This document shows, piece after piece, positions 40,025-53,810 of a stretch of 64,000 bases of DNA (its first letter is position 1; the number at the start of each line of letters is the position of its first letter). The DNA is taken from assembly GCA_951406725.2 (NCBI GenBank), contig OX597826.1, forward strand, positions 4,588,001 to 4,652,000. Reading direction: 5' to 3'. The DNA comes from Octopus vulgaris. Its lineage: Eukaryota. A program made the position numbers and the translations under genes. The notes beneath the pieces are model-generated. The model had not been told where the DNA came from. It searched no databases and saw nothing but the letters and a program-made list of their open reading frames with translations.

Positions 40025-40216
40025 AACAGAAGAAAGAGTAAGAGAAAGTTGTGGCGGAAGAGTACAGCAGGGATCGCCACCAACCCCTGCCGGAGCCGCG
40101 TGGAACTTTTTAGGTGTTTTCGCTCAATAAACATTCACAACGCCTGGTCTGGGAATCGAAACCGCGATCCTACAACCGCGAGTCCGCTGCCCTAACCACT
40201 GGGCCATTGCGCCTCC
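40025..40216 (-). mobile_element. SINE family C, 5' half
   Basis: Minus strand GGAGGCGCAATGGCCCAGTGGTTAGGGCAGCGGACTCGCGGTTGTAGGATCGCGGTTTCGATTCCCAGACC is a clear tRNA-like head with A and B boxes; body matches 24690-24858. Confidence 0.85.
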
Positions 40217-40227
40217 ATATATGTATG

Positions 40228-40259
<32 letters not shown>

Positions 40260-40639
40260 TATAAAATTCAACAGAGCTGTTATAATCGAATAATCCTTTC
40301 TACTATAGGTATAAAGCCTGGAATTTGGAGAGAGGATGATAGTCGATTACATCGACCCTAGTACTCAGCTGGTACTTATTTCATCTACGCCGAAAGGGTG
40401 AAAGACAAAAGGAAGCCACAGCATGGACGTAGTCCATCGACTGAGACCACTAAAAGGACAATACATGTAGACTTGCTTATACAAATGGGCAAGGAAAGCG
40501 AAACATGTGAGAAGCTGTGTATAAACATAAATACCAATGGCTCAATGTTCTAGAGTTTTGCAGAGAACCAACGGAGAAACACGTTGAATTTAGTAAACTC
40601 GCACGGACATCGAAGTCCTTGTTTCACTAACTAATAACT

Positions 40640-40952
40640 GGCACTCCGTCAGTTACGACGACGAGGGTTCCAGTTGATCCGATCAATGGAATAGCCTGTT
40701 CGGGAAATTAAGGTGCAAGTGGCTGAGCACTCCACTGACACGTGTACCCTTAAGGAGATTCAGTGTGACACAGAGCGCGAGAAGACCGGCCCTTTGAAAT
40801 ACATGTGCTTCTCGTTTTTGCCAGATGAATGAACTGGAGCAACGTGGAATAAAAAGTCTTGCTCAAGGATACAGCGCGTCTCCAGGAATTGAACTCACGA
40901 CCTTAGGATTGTGGCCCGATCATGCCCTAACCACTAGGTCACGTGATTTCAC
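40640..40952 (-). mobile_element. SINE family D (CORE-type body, tail shared with family C)
   Basis: Minus strand: CCTAGTGGTTAGGG...GAGTTCAATTCC head, then TCCTTGAGCAAGACTTTTTATTCCACGTTGCTCCAG (CORE-like), then the same ~170-nt tail as 24505-24680. Confidence 0.8.
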
Positions 40953-41007
40953 TTTCTCTAAGTATACTGCAGATATTCTACTATGTATGTGCGTATGCGT
41001 TTATATA

Positions 41008-41090
41008 GGCGCAGACATGACTGTGTGGTTAAGAAGCTCGCTTTGCAATCACCTGCTTTCAGGTTCGATCCCACTTTGCGGAACACCATT
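41008..41090 (+). mobile_element. Isolated SINE family A-variant head
   Basis: GGCGCAGACATGACTGTGTGGTTAAGAAGCTCGCTTTGCAATCAC...GGTTCGATCCC; the same variant lies inverted at about 43935-44017. Confidence 0.7.
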
Positions 41091-41492
41091 GTGTATGTAT
41101 GTATGTATATGTGTGTGTGTGTGTGTGTGTACGCACACAGGCACATACGAGGAAATTTTCTTTTTTACGTGGAACTTGTACAATTAAGACAGACTCTCAG
41201 CCAACACGTAAGAACATTTCCACGAGTCTATCTCTGTTGCTGACATCCAACATTCACCCTTCTCTAGTTTTTTTCCCCATTCTTTCCCTTTCCTCCCCCT
41301 CCATCTCTCTTCTTTTTGTATCTTTCTATGAGTTTCCTCTATCTAAATTATTGCTCCTGTCTTTGTATTTCGTGTTCCGTGTCAATAAAAAAATATACAA
41401 GTTCATAGCAAGCCACCCAAGTCCGGTTATATTGTAACGTACACTCTTCGTTATCTTGGCTGCTGTTGCCGTCAATGTTCTTATCATATTTA

Positions 41493-41528
<36 letters not shown>

Positions 41529-43090
41529 GTTTGCTAAAAGTGATCTATAGACGTGTATATTTTTTCGTAGTTTTTTCTCATTACAAGAAATCTGGAAATA
41601 TTAGTGATAGCAACCTAGCTTAGTGGCCGTCCTTACAGCAGAATGGCCAGGCTGTTGGGAAAATGCCTTGCGGTATTTGTCCCTCGTCTTTACGTTCTAG
41701 ATTCAAATCCTGCGGTGGCCAACATTGCCTCTCATCCTCCCGACATCAATAAAATAAAGCACTTTTAAAGTACTGGAAAATGTCAGTAGCGTGGTGTGTG
41801 GGGGTTTGTACATTCTGCACAGAGCTGCCACTTACTTTCTCGTGGTTTGCATATGATAAAGACATGTTGGCCACAACACACGTCAGCCAAAACCCACTGC
41901 GAACCTATACTACGCCAATGGACTAGATGACATCGCCTTATTACTCGCCCCTAAATTTCAGGTCTGGTGCCTATTTTAGAAACCTTCGTTGAGGGCAGTG
42001 TAACATTAAAGGGCGGTTGGAATGCAGAATAATTAGAGCGATTGGAAAATACATCCTGCTTTAAATTGTGTTTAAATTCTTGCCGAGGTCAAATGTTACT
42101 TTTATCCTTCCAGGTTGAGGCAATAAAATCAGTCGTGTACTGAGGTACTGAGGTCAATTGTGTAAACTATCCACTTACCCAAAATTTTCAGCACCTCTTT
42201 CTATGCTAGAAACTATTTATGGTTGTCGATAGGCAGAATCTTTAGAGTGTTATTCAAATGCTTGTTTCAGTCATGTGACCGTGGCCATGCTGGAGCACCG
42301 CCTTTAGTCGAGCAAATCGTCCCCAGGATTTATTCTTTGTAAGCCTAGTACTTAATCATAGTTTACAAATCTGAGCGCGAAAGCGTCTTTCAACTTTGGG
42401 GTTTTGCAGACAGGGGTTTTTCACACATACAGATATGAATGCATAAATGTACATATAAACTTATATATGAATACATACATCCACGTGCACTTACATATTA
42501 ACGATGTACACAAATACATGACAGGTATACATAATACTGAAAAACACGTCAAGTAAACACATCCAGAGAAATATATTAATATAACAAATTTTTAAAAGAA
42601 ACATAATAAAAACATACAATCGATGAAGAGACAAAAGAAACAGTAAGATGATACTGGTTGATTTTATTAGGTAATTCTGTGTATTTAGAAACCTACAATG
42701 AACACGTCATTTCACAGATGCTAAACTATAAATTTCACAGGGTACAACTTTAAAGATGACACCGCTCCACTAAACGTAGACAATTTTTTTTTCGCTATTG
42801 GTTAAAATTACAGTTTTTTCTATTTCTTAACCACTGTAACTTTTGCATCCAATTTTTGTCTCCACAACATCATACCTTCATAGCAATGAGATTGGAAGAC
42901 TACAATGTTATAGCCGATTTTCAGATATTTTACTTCCTTTTAAAAAAATGCATATTTGGACTAGACCCGTAAGTAGACTATGATTGAGGTAGATTTGGCA
43001 GCTATTTCTAGCATATTTTATCCACTTTATTACTACTCTGCAAAAATTGTTGAATGCTAGCTGGAAGCAAGCATTAACAGGGAAAAAGTT

Positions 43091-43135
<45 letters not shown>

Positions 43136-43406
43136 TGAATACAATCAACTTAAGTCATCAGTCAGTGAAGAGAAGTAAAGAGTGGCACGTTATCTGTAGA
43201 TCACCATAAATGAGACCTCTGTTACCATATGCTTGACAAAACCACATGGTGCCAACTTTGAATATTGGCCATGACGCCAATTTGGGATTGACTGGAAAAA
43301 CTATTAGGAATAGACAAAATAGATACAGTGATAGACTCACGTTGCTGTATACACACAACGAAACTATATACACACAACACGTGCTCGACCAGAATAATAC
43401 AGTTAC

Positions 43407-43465
<59 letters not shown>

Positions 43466-43482
43466 ACGATCTTGTGTGTATG

Positions 43483-44017
43483 TCTTTTATCTGTTATTTG
43501 TTTCCCTCACTGGAGTGTGGCTGTGCAGAGGCTCTGCCTTCAGAGTTTTTAGTTGCTGAAATCGACCCCAGCATTTTTCTCCAAAGTCTGTTACTGATTC
43601 TATTAATTCCATTTAGTGGACCACTAATGTACGAGGATGTAAGCAGACGAATACCGGTTGTGAAACGGTAGGGTGGGAGTCAAAGACACAGACCCTATAT
43701 TAGGACAAAATCCTTGAAGAGAAAACCCGACCGGGCAATATAATTTTGATTTTTTTAATAAAATTTCTCTTTCCTGAATTATTTTTAATTGTAAAGGAAG
43801 AACAATATCCCGAGGGATATATACTGCCAGCAGATTTTTTCCGGGGAAAATTTTTGTCCTCGTGGGAATTTTGTCCTAGTACCCAGACACACATGTGTGT
43901 ACACACACACAAACAAACACAAAGAAACATACCCGACGGTATTCTTCAGAGTGGGATTGAACTTGAATGCAAGTGATTGCAAAGCGAGCTTCTTAATCAT
44001 ACAGCCATGTCTGCGCC
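43483..44017 (-). mobile_element. Diverged SINE family A copy split by a ~180-bp TIR-like insert (43701-43878)
   Basis: Tail part at 43483-43690 and head part at 43885-44017. The insert is bounded by TAGGACAAAAT / ATTTTGTCCTA with an extra internal TTTTGTCC repeat. Confidence 0.55.
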
Positions 44018-44793
44018 AATGTAAATACACACACACACACATAAGCATGTCTATACATACACGCTCGCATACACACACACGCACATCATAGCTTCGAATG
44101 GAAGGTAAACAAGCGCTTCATATACAGAATAGCCGACCGAGAATTCTGTCGGGGTTGCGTTTGTTGAAACGTATACTCTCAACCAGATTGGTTCCGGCTG
44201 ACCGAATTATACGACTCTGTTAGAAAAACTCAAAGACAGTATTAAAAGTACGACAACTTTTTATCCTATCTTTTTCCATTTTCTTGTTTTTCTTTTTTAC
44301 CAATATTGATCTAGGTCATGCTTACATTTCATTTAATGAATAGGAGATAGATCTAACTCTTCCGTGTGTGGATAGGTCGGCAGTCTATCTACGTTAACCG
44401 TAACAAGCAATCAGATAATTCTATTTCATCCAGAAAGCTTCGATAAATGAAATCATTTATAACTAAGTGTACTGCACAAAGCATAAGAAGAAATATTTGT
44501 TGTAAGCTTCAACTCCTGAACTTTTAGCTCGTGATTAAACGATTTATCCTGGAATATTTCAATTTTCACAATATGTTGTATGCCATGGCTTAACACCAAA
44601 GTACGGTATGTATTTAAAGGATGAATTTGATAATTTCTAATATATTGGGTATCAGAAATAAAAGGGGCACATTAAGATAAAGTTCGCTAACATAATTCTA
44701 TGGACGATAGGGAGACAATCCTAAACGTTCCTGATTCTTGGCTTACGTCAACGCTAGAGTAATCTTCGTAATTGTTTGATGGGATTGAATAAA

Positions 44794-45011
44794 GGCGGAG
44801 AACTGGCAGAAACGTTAGCGCGCCGAGAGAAATGCTTAGCCGTATTTCGTCTGCTGCTACGTTCTGAGTTCAAATTCCGCCGAGGTCGACTTTGCCTTTC
44901 ATCCTTTCGGGGTTGATTAAATAAGTACCAGTTACGCACTGGGGTCGATATAATCGACTTAATCCGTTTGTCTGTCCTTATTTGTCCTCTCTGTGGGTAG
45001 TAAAGAAATAG
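44794..45011 (+). mobile_element. SINE family B1 monomer with TSD
   Basis: GGCGGAGAACTGGCAGAAACGTTAGC...GAGTTCAAATTCCGCCGAGGTCGAC...TAAAGAAATAGG, flanked by ATTGAATAA on both sides. Confidence 0.92.
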
Positions 45012-45048
45012 GCATTGAATAACTAGGCTATATAGTTTTATGTATCTT

Positions 45049-45484
45049 TCTTTTATCTTTTACTTGTTCCGACGATTCAGTTGCGGCGGCCATGCGGGAC
45101 CACCACATTGAGGGGAATAGTCTAGTGAATCAACCTAATTACTATTTTTTCTTAAGTCTAATACTTATTCCATCGGACAGTTTTTTGCCGAACTGCTAAT
45201 TTACGGTGATGTAAACAAACCAACACTGGTTCTCAAGCGATGATGCTGGACAAACACAAGACTCGTACACAGATTCCTACATACGTATACACACACACAT
45301 AAATGCGTGTGTGCGTGTGTGTGTGTGTACCTTACGGGCTTCTTTCAATTTCCGTCTACCAAATTCACTCACAAAGATTTCGTTGGTTCTGAACTACAGT
45401 AGATGATACTTTCCCGAAGTGCCATGCACCGAGACTGAAACCGGAACTATGTGGTTAGGAAGTAAACATCTTATCACACGGCCA
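45049..45484 (-). mobile_element. SINE family A, diverged
   Basis: CTTTTACTTGTT...TTGCCGAACTGCTAA...ACGGGCTTCTTTCAATTTCCGTCTACCAAATTCACTCACAA...CACACGGCCA. Confidence 0.75.
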
Positions 45485-45729
45485 ACGACACGGAATAAAT
45501 TCAACAGTATTGCTTAACTCTTGTTTCATCTTCCGACTCCTCGAAATCACTCTTTTTCCAGTGTTGTAGTCATTGATCTCTTATTTACTCTTCCATTGGT
45601 ATTGAGTAGTCTTTAAACACTGGTATCTTCTTTTACATTCTGAAAGTTTTACTATTTCTACGTATATTTCTCCTTCACCCTTCCTCACAACCACCACCCA
45701 CACTCCACACTCTCTCTCATACATACACA

Positions 45730-45805
<76 letters not shown>

Positions 45806-45881
45806 CGTGTGTGTACAGACACATACACGAATGTGAATATCTAAGAATTGGGTGTCATATTTAAATATCTGTATGTGTCTA

Positions 45882-45924
<43 letters not shown>

Positions 45925-46470
45925 ACAAAATAATAAATAAAACATATGCATATATACATACATTTATGTACATACCTACATCTATATGTATATATACACA
46001 TTCATATATATAGATACAGGACACCAAATATATATATATACATATACATATTCTTGTGTTTGGCAAGTGTAATAAATTGCCGGGCGACAGAAATATCACA
46101 ACGAATATAAAACTAATGAGGAGGCATTGACTTTAATATACAGTTCTTATGACGTTAGTTAAGTTTATGGCAGTCACTTAATCTCACCGTTGGTTACCAA
46201 ATTATGAGAAAACAGCAGGATATTGTTATTTTCAGCGAACATTTGCGAAAAGTATATTCCTTTCTTTTTATTCTTTAACTGATTTTTGTCACTGAAGTGC
46301 GGCCATGCTGTGGAATCCGTCTTATCGACTCCACTATTTATTTCGGTGCGATACTTCATGGTACTACTTTTATCGATCCCTCTTTATCAAAAGCTAAGTT
46401 ATTTTTATGTGAAAGGACGTAACGAAATGCAATGAAGTCTTGCCAGCATACACAGTCTTAGCCACACGCC

Positions 46471-46556
<86 letters not shown>

Positions 46557-46557
46557 A

Positions 46558-46605
46558 GAGCCTTGTGAGTGGATCTGGTAGACGGAAACTGAAAGAAGCC
46601 CGTCG

Positions 46606-46638
<33 letters not shown>

Positions 46639-46878
46639 ATGTGTGTGTGAGTGTGTGTGTATGTTTGTGTGTCTGTGATTGTCCTACCCCCAACATCGTG
46701 TGACAACCGATGTGAGTGTGTTTAGGTCCCCGTAACTTAGAGGTTCGGCAAAAAGAGACAGATAGAATAAGTACGAGGCTTACAAAGAGTAAGTCCTGGG
46801 GTCGATTTGCTCGACCAAATGCGGTGCTCCTGCATGGCCACAGTCAAATGACTGAAACAAGTAAAAGAGTAAAAGAGA
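46558..46878 (+). mobile_element. SINE family A, 5'-truncated
   Basis: AGCCTTGTGAGTGGATCTGGTAGACGGAAACTGAAAGAAGCCCGTCG through to the tail GTAAAAGAGTAAAAGAG. Confidence 0.9.
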
Positions 46879-48328
46879 ATATATATATATGTGTGTGTGT
46901 GTGTGTATGTATATATGCTCCCTCCACATGCACCATGCACTCACATATAAATGCACTAAACTACCATTCTATTACCCTCTGTAATGTTCCTAATAAAACC
47001 AGAATCACTGAAATCGAAGCATTTTCGCCTTTTCCCAACATATTTTTATCAATGAGGTGCAACTATTTTTCTGATCCTAGCAATTTTCTGTTATCTGCTT
47101 GTATGCTGTGAATTGAGACGATTCTGCTTAAACTAACAATATTCAACAAGTAATAGACTGAACAGATGCCTCCTCAGATATTTCTTACTTCAAATATTTC
47201 TGAGATCTATATCAAATCCTGCCAATGTTGCTTTATACGTATCATATCACTGGAGCCTTCGTGGCTGTTTTTTTTTTTTTAGAGAAATTTGCATCGCAAC
47301 AACGCCATATTCTAGGATCCTCTTCGTTGAAGTTTATCCCGGGTAAAGGGACTCACACTATAATCATAGGCAGAATATACCCTCGTGAGTAAAATCTAGG
47401 AATCAAAGACTGCTTGGAAACCTATTGGAAACCTTTTTGGATAAATCGCTGTTGTTTTTTCAGAAAGATATTTAACCTGTCCCTTCCTTTGGTTTAACAA
47501 TCACTCCACTTAAAAACTGGCCATTGTGTAACTCTAACGGAATCCAGTTTGATACAAACTTTTAAACCAGGTTTGCTTATAAGCTATTCTATTCCTGCCA
47601 CCAATGTTGAATCCTATGAACAATGCCTCGGACATAGCCCCTATTTCGATTACCATAAAATTGCTGTATATTAAGGTAATAGTTCATTCCATCATACAAT
47701 TCAGTAAAATATACACTGTATCAAACCCATACACTTACGACATTATTTGCATATCATTTTATATTATATTACTGATGAGGTCTAATTTATGCTGTAGAAT
47801 ATCATTACCCCATATTGCTAATGAGGGTAAAGTCTATAAAATTGTGTTCAACATATCTGATTGAAGCAGACTGCTATAAAAATATCCTGTAAACGTAATA
47901 TATCAAGTCACAGATTATTATGTGTGTATGTGTGTGTATGAGTGTGTGTGTGTGTGTATGAGTGTGTGTGTGCTTCAAAATGTATCGTTATAACATACAA
48001 AGTCGCGCACAAAACCACCTTTATGCATATACATGAGTCACCTCATTACAGAGAGGGAAATCGTATGTACGTGTGTGTTTGATTGTGTATACGGTACACA
48101 TACCTACACACACACACACACACACACGCACACATATAGGTATGAAATGAAGTCGCTGAGAATTGTGATTTGTGAACGTGTAACTAATGAAGATTCAGTC
48201 TATATATAAAGATACCTTTGTATCTAATCAAATTCAACAGGTTATGAATATATGCATATATATCAAACTAAATCGCGAATAATAAACGAAGATGATAACA
48301 ATAACAACAAGTGACTGTTGTTGTTGAT

Positions 48329-48386
<58 letters not shown>

Positions 48387-48637
48387 CAGCAGCAGCAGTA
48401 ATGACAGTATATATATATATATTTTTTAAACTAATGGAGCCTTACGTTGTAGAGTAAGCCATCTCGCATATAGTATCTCATCTCATAAATTTAAGTGCAT
48501 GGTGCGAGCATGTGTGAGTGTGTGTGTATGTGTGTGTGTGTATGTGTGTGTGTGTGTATGTGTGTGTTTGGTGTACTATGCACTTACGTATATTAATTCT
48601 ATATCAATTCATTTATGAATCTATGTATGTATGTCTC

Positions 48638-48680
<43 letters not shown>

Positions 48681-49242
48681 TATTATTAAAATATATCGGT
48701 GAGGAATTGGTGTTTTATGCAAACGTTGCTCATAGAAATTTTGTTAGTTTCCAGACTAACTGAAGTATGTAATGAAACTAAAATACTTGTAAAAGATATT
48801 GCTCTTTGAAGATCAATCGATCGATTGAGGTCAGAGATTCTGAAATAATTTTCTATGTAAAATTCGTAGTCGAATCAAACCATAGACCACTGGAATATAT
48901 GTATAATACAAAGTAGATGAATAAAAATAAATACATAATACATAACGAAACAAAATATGATTTATTTTTTGTGTAGTCCATTATTGATCAACATCAATAA
49001 TGCGTACATTATTGTGTACGCATTATTATTGTTAGTTTCACCCTTTTTACTCGTTATAAATCACTCTCTGTTTTGTGTATTTCGCCCGTATAAGTGACCT
49101 CAAAGTATTGGGCTCTTGCGCGAAATAAAAGGAAATATTGCTGTCTCTTTCATAATCAACTGTATGCAAATTATCCACCGTTTTCGTATTTTGTCATTCT
49201 AATGTATCCTCATCGGTTAGTCTTGTGGTCTACATGTATATA

Positions 49243-49460
49243 CGATGCGGTGTTGAAAACTTACTGCTTTTAAGGATATTGAAACAGGTCTGGCTGGAGG
49301 CCCAACCTTCCAAGTTCTTGTTCAGGGCTTAGAAAAACTGAAAAACGGCTGCAATAAGTGTGTGGATCTGAGAGGGGAATATGTTGAATAAAATCATAAT
49401 TAATTGATACTCCTGTATTTTCTTTTATCCAAAGCCAGGAGTTTCTCAGCATCCTCTCCG
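49243..49460 (+). mobile_element. Mariner-derived MITE (copy 2)
   Basis: Collinear with 1865-2066; keeps GLEKLKNGCNKCVDLRGEYVE*, a mariner transposase C-terminus. Confidence 0.8.
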
Positions 49461-49499
49461 ACGTATATAAAACACATATTTGTACTTATTCCACTGCGC

Positions 49500-49579
49500 A
49501 GTCAGCCAATGCTCTCTGGGGGAAATTATTGGATGGAACCTGTGCTGAAGCTCTTCGTGTGTTTATAAATATATCTATA

Positions 49580-49641
<62 letters not shown>

Positions 49642-49860
49642 GATATGTATATATCTGTGTTTGTTTTTGTGCGCCACACAGTTAGACGACTGGTTTTGGT
49701 TTACGTCCACGTATGTTAGCGGTTCGGCAAAAGGGACTGCTACAGTAAGTGTCAGACTTTAAAAAATAGTAAGTAGTGGGTTTGGTTTGTTCAGCTAAAT
49801 CCCCTTTCAGCTAAATCCCCTTTTAGTCCAATGACTATAGCATGTAAAATTCAAAGATAT
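49500..49860 (+). mobile_element. SINE family A, old diverged 3' part
   Basis: (TG)n followed by TTTACGTCCAC...TTAGCGGTTCGGCAAAAG...AGTCCAATGACT. Confidence 0.55.
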
Positions 49861-49872
49861 GCATTATAGATG

Positions 49873-50103
49873 TATTTCTTTATTGCCCACAAGGGGCTAA
49901 ACATAGAGGGGACAAACAAAGACAGACAAAAGGATTAAGTCGATTACATCGACCCCAGTGCGTAACTGGTGTTTTATTTATCGATCCCGAAAGGATGAAA
50001 AGCAAAGTCGACCTCGGTGGAATTTGAACTCAGAACGTAACGGCAGACGAAATACGGCTACGTATTTCGCCCGGCGTGCTAACGGTTCTGCCAGCTCGCC
50101 GCC
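49873..50103 (-). mobile_element. SINE family B1 monomer
   Basis: Near-consensus reverse copy TATTTCTTTATTGCCCACAAGGGGCT...CTGCCAGCTCGCCGCC. Confidence 0.92.
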
Positions 50104-50763
50104 TTGTAGATAAACAGATAGACAGACAGACAGATGGAGGGGCATCGAAACACACTGACACACGTATTGCCACAAACCTAAATGCGCCTTTACACTCTGT
50201 TTTACACACACAAACACACATACACACATACAGACACTTATATATCATATTTGTATAAACACTTACATAAACACCATGATATACGCGCGCTTATAAACCT
50301 ATTCACATATAAATACCAACTACACAGAAAAACACACGTACACACGTTACAAACATACAAATTGAGAAACAACTTTGGGAATTTTGCTAGGGAAACGCAA
50401 AAAAATATTTACAAGTAGAAAACCATGGCTGTTTCCTCGCCCCAGCACCAGCAACACTACCACCACCACCACCACCACATCCTCCTCCTCCTCTACTAAA
50501 AGCCGCATTAGAAACCGCACCAACGTCCATCTGAGACGATGTTTGCTTTCACCTTTTAAGTGTGTTGTAGAGTGTGTTGTTGTTTTAACCTTGTCTTCCA
50601 TGAAAGTCATTTGACGACAATATCAACTCTTTGTGCCTCGTTGTAGCCTACTCCTTTCACTTCGTAGCTGTAACTTATGTCAAACTCGGTGATGATCTAT
50701 TGCGCCAGCTGATCAAGACGGACATTTTTTTTTTACCATTTAAAGAAATAATAATAATAATGA

Positions 50764-50816
<53 letters not shown>

Positions 50817-50987
50817 ACTACGACGATAAAAACAGTACTAGAGTACAAGAAATCAAAATACAGACTGTCTAAAAATATGTACTGCGAAACTTAAGACTTC
50901 ATTTTACTTCGCGGTTTAGGTTATATTTCGTTTTTTTTTGAAAATTTTACTGATGGCATCTTATAATCTAATTTGCGCCCGCACACA

Positions 50988-51051
<64 letters not shown>

Positions 51052-51076
51052 TACACACACGCATGCATGCCTTCTA

Positions 51077-51245
51077 AACACATGGTTCCTGGTTCAGTCC
51101 CGCTGCGCGTCACCTTCAGCAAGTGTCTTCTACTACTGCGTGGAACTCCTTGGACAAGTGTCTTCTACTTATAGCCGCGGGCCGACCAAAGCCTTGTGAG
51201 TAGATTTGGTAGACGGAAACAGAAAGAAGCCCGTCGTATATATAT
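51077..51245 (+). mobile_element. SINE family A 5' half with duplicated CORE-like segment
   Basis: CTGCG...CCTT..CAAGTGTCTTCTACT occurs twice in tandem; the copy ends in the TA repeat. Confidence 0.75.
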
Positions 51246-51924
51246 ATATTAAGCTAAAATACATGCAGCTCGAGATTTGAACGCCTAAGATGTAGACAAA
51301 TTAAAATGAATTTAATGCATCTTATCGTTCTCTTCACACGATATAATAAAGAGATTACTCTGATTTGTTTCATGGCTGCTTGGCCGCTCTTCAGAGGATA
51401 AGTACTCCTTGTCCTTCTGTATACGAAGATAACTTCATAGCAGTCGTTATGCAAATCAGTCACAAATTTAGCATTTAGCTGTAAAGGAGAATTAAATTTG
51501 CATTAATGATACCATGATTCAATATTATGTAAATATAATAGGTACAGCGTATAACAGAACGTTTTAGTTAGATTCAAAATAGTAAAAACTCCCACATATA
51601 AAATAATCGAATATGAATACATCATATAGTCTCCACACTAAAAAAAAACAAAGAAAATAATGGAGATTACCTTTATATAATTCATGGCTTCATGGCTTGT
51701 TGGGCTTTCTTTAGAGAAGCAAATGAAGAGAACTTTACAGCAATCGCTTTTTAACAATAGAAAGATTGAAAGTAAAAGATTATATTGGAGGGTTTCCAAA
51801 ATAAAACTGAAATATGCCAAAGTAAATGCTATATGCCATTTCAACGCCCTCTCTCACCCTCTCTGTATTGCTCCTATTTCTCCCTAGCTCTCCTCTGTCT
51901 GACTCCCCCCCCACTCTCTCTCTC

Positions 51925-51956
<32 letters not shown>

Positions 51957-52333
51957 TGTATGTATGTAGGTAGGTAGGTATGATGTGTGTATGTCTGAAA
52001 TTTTTGATGTATTTCAAGCATAGTTTTAATAATTCAATAAGCTTCCCAAGAAGTCCATATTCGGAACGACATAAATGACATCGCAAAAAGAAATCTTATA
52101 CGAATCTCACTCACGCGCGCGCGCGCACACACACACAGAGGCTGAGAAACATTTATATAAATTGACATTTAAGCGCGAAACTACCCACTTGTCGGTTGTG
52201 TGTTACTCTGTATTCAGTGGTCTTGAAAATAAGAAGGAACAGAAAATGAAGTGCGGGTTAAACATTAGAAGTGTAAACAATTTAAAATATACTCCAATCT
52301 ATTAATTATTCTCATTCGCTCCATCTGTATGCC

Positions 52334-52381
<48 letters not shown>

Positions 52382-52934
52382 GATAGATAGATAGATAGAT
52401 ACATGAATGTAGGGTTAAATATTTGGTGCGTTTTGTATGTATGTATAAAACCGCTCAAACATATATATATATAAATATGTATGTATATATAAGTACACAT
52501 ATATATATATATATATATATATACTTGTATGTATATATATATTTATAAACACGAGAGGAAAATGAAATAAATGAAAAGGGAAGAAATCAAAATGTGGAAC
52601 TTCTCCTGTCACGTTGAGAAGGGTTACTACTCTGGCGTTGAGATGTAACAAATGGGGTCAGACCCTTCCCCTTATCTCTTTCTCTCTTTCTCTCTCTCTC
52701 TCTCTCATTAACACATTCTCTCTCTCTCTTTCTCTCCCTCTCTCCTATATCATTTTGCTTGTCAGTCTCGCAGTCTTCCTTGTCTTTCTTTGTCACCCTT
52801 GTCAGACATGTAGACTGCCTTCTGTTCTCTCTCCTCACCAACATCCAACAAACCAACAAGCCAGCTAACCAGCCGGTCTGCCAGCCAGCCAGCCACTCAG
52901 TCGCCCAATTTCTCTCTCTCCCTCTCTCTCTCTT

Positions 52935-52965
<31 letters not shown>

Positions 52966-53247
52966 TTCTCTCTCTCCATCTCAAACACGCTGTCTCTGAG
53001 TTATAGAAAACAGACCCAGCAAAGAAGTGAGAAAATGGTCAAAGCTCTCCGCCTATCCATTTCCCAGCTGCTGTGTAACAAACAGAATGGTAAAAAGAAA
53101 GAAAGAAAGAGAGAAAGGGAGAGAGAGTGTGTGAGCGAGAGAAAGAAAGAGGGAGGTTGAAAAAGAGTTAGACATTCAGTAAAGAAAGACAAAAAGGAAA
53201 AGGGTCAGAGTTCATTCGGTTGCATTTCATAAGAAAGGAGGTGACAT

Positions 53248-53294
<47 letters not shown>

Positions 53295-53486
53295 GCTGCG
53301 TGATAGTGTGGTAGATATTGATTTTCTTATTGCTACTGTTGATGTACAAATACTGGCTGTGGTTCCTTTTCCTTTCACTGTTTGCTACTGATGTTAATAA
53401 TTTTGAGAAGTTTACTCGGAGCTGTCTTCTTTAAATTCATCAAACAGTGTACGTTAAGATACTATACTGACCAATAATAAAAACAG

Positions 53487-53758
53487 TGGTTTCAAGTTTT
53501 GGAACAGGACTGGCATGTCTTTTTTTGTTGTTGTTCTGTTGTGTTTTTGTTGGTGGGGGCTGGGATTACATTGACATCCCCAGAACTAGACTGGTACTTA
53601 TTTTATCGACTCTGGCAGAATGAAATGCAAAATCAGCTCCTGCCTTTCTTCCTCTCGGTGGTCGATAAAATAAGTACCAGTTGATCCCTAGAGTCAATGT
53701 AATCGGTTGGCCCTTATCCTCTCTCGAAACATGCTGGCCTTGGGCCAAAATTTGAAAC

Positions 53759-53760
<2 letters not shown>
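53487..53760. mobile_element. Two truncated SINE B2 3' halves in inverted orientation
   Basis: TGGTTTCAA / TTGAAACCA outer arms and ACTGGTACTTATTTTATCGAC / GTCGATAAAATAAGTACCAGT inner arms. Confidence 0.75.

Positions 53761-53810
<50 letters not shown>

Noticed and set aside
40140-40216. tRNA gene
   Set aside because: A and B boxes are present, but the sequence continues into a SINE body shared with 24690-24858 and lacks a proper acceptor stem; it is a SINE head.
42655-42680. TTTTATTAG|GTAATT as a second recursive splice site
   Set aside because: Short, interrupted pyrimidine tract and weaker donor; expected by chance in AT-rich DNA.
46960-47900. Possible RTE-type reverse transcriptase relic (minus-strand GFNIGGRN at about 47590-47615)
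   Set aside because: A single short motif with no following YADD and many stops; too weak to call without a profile search.
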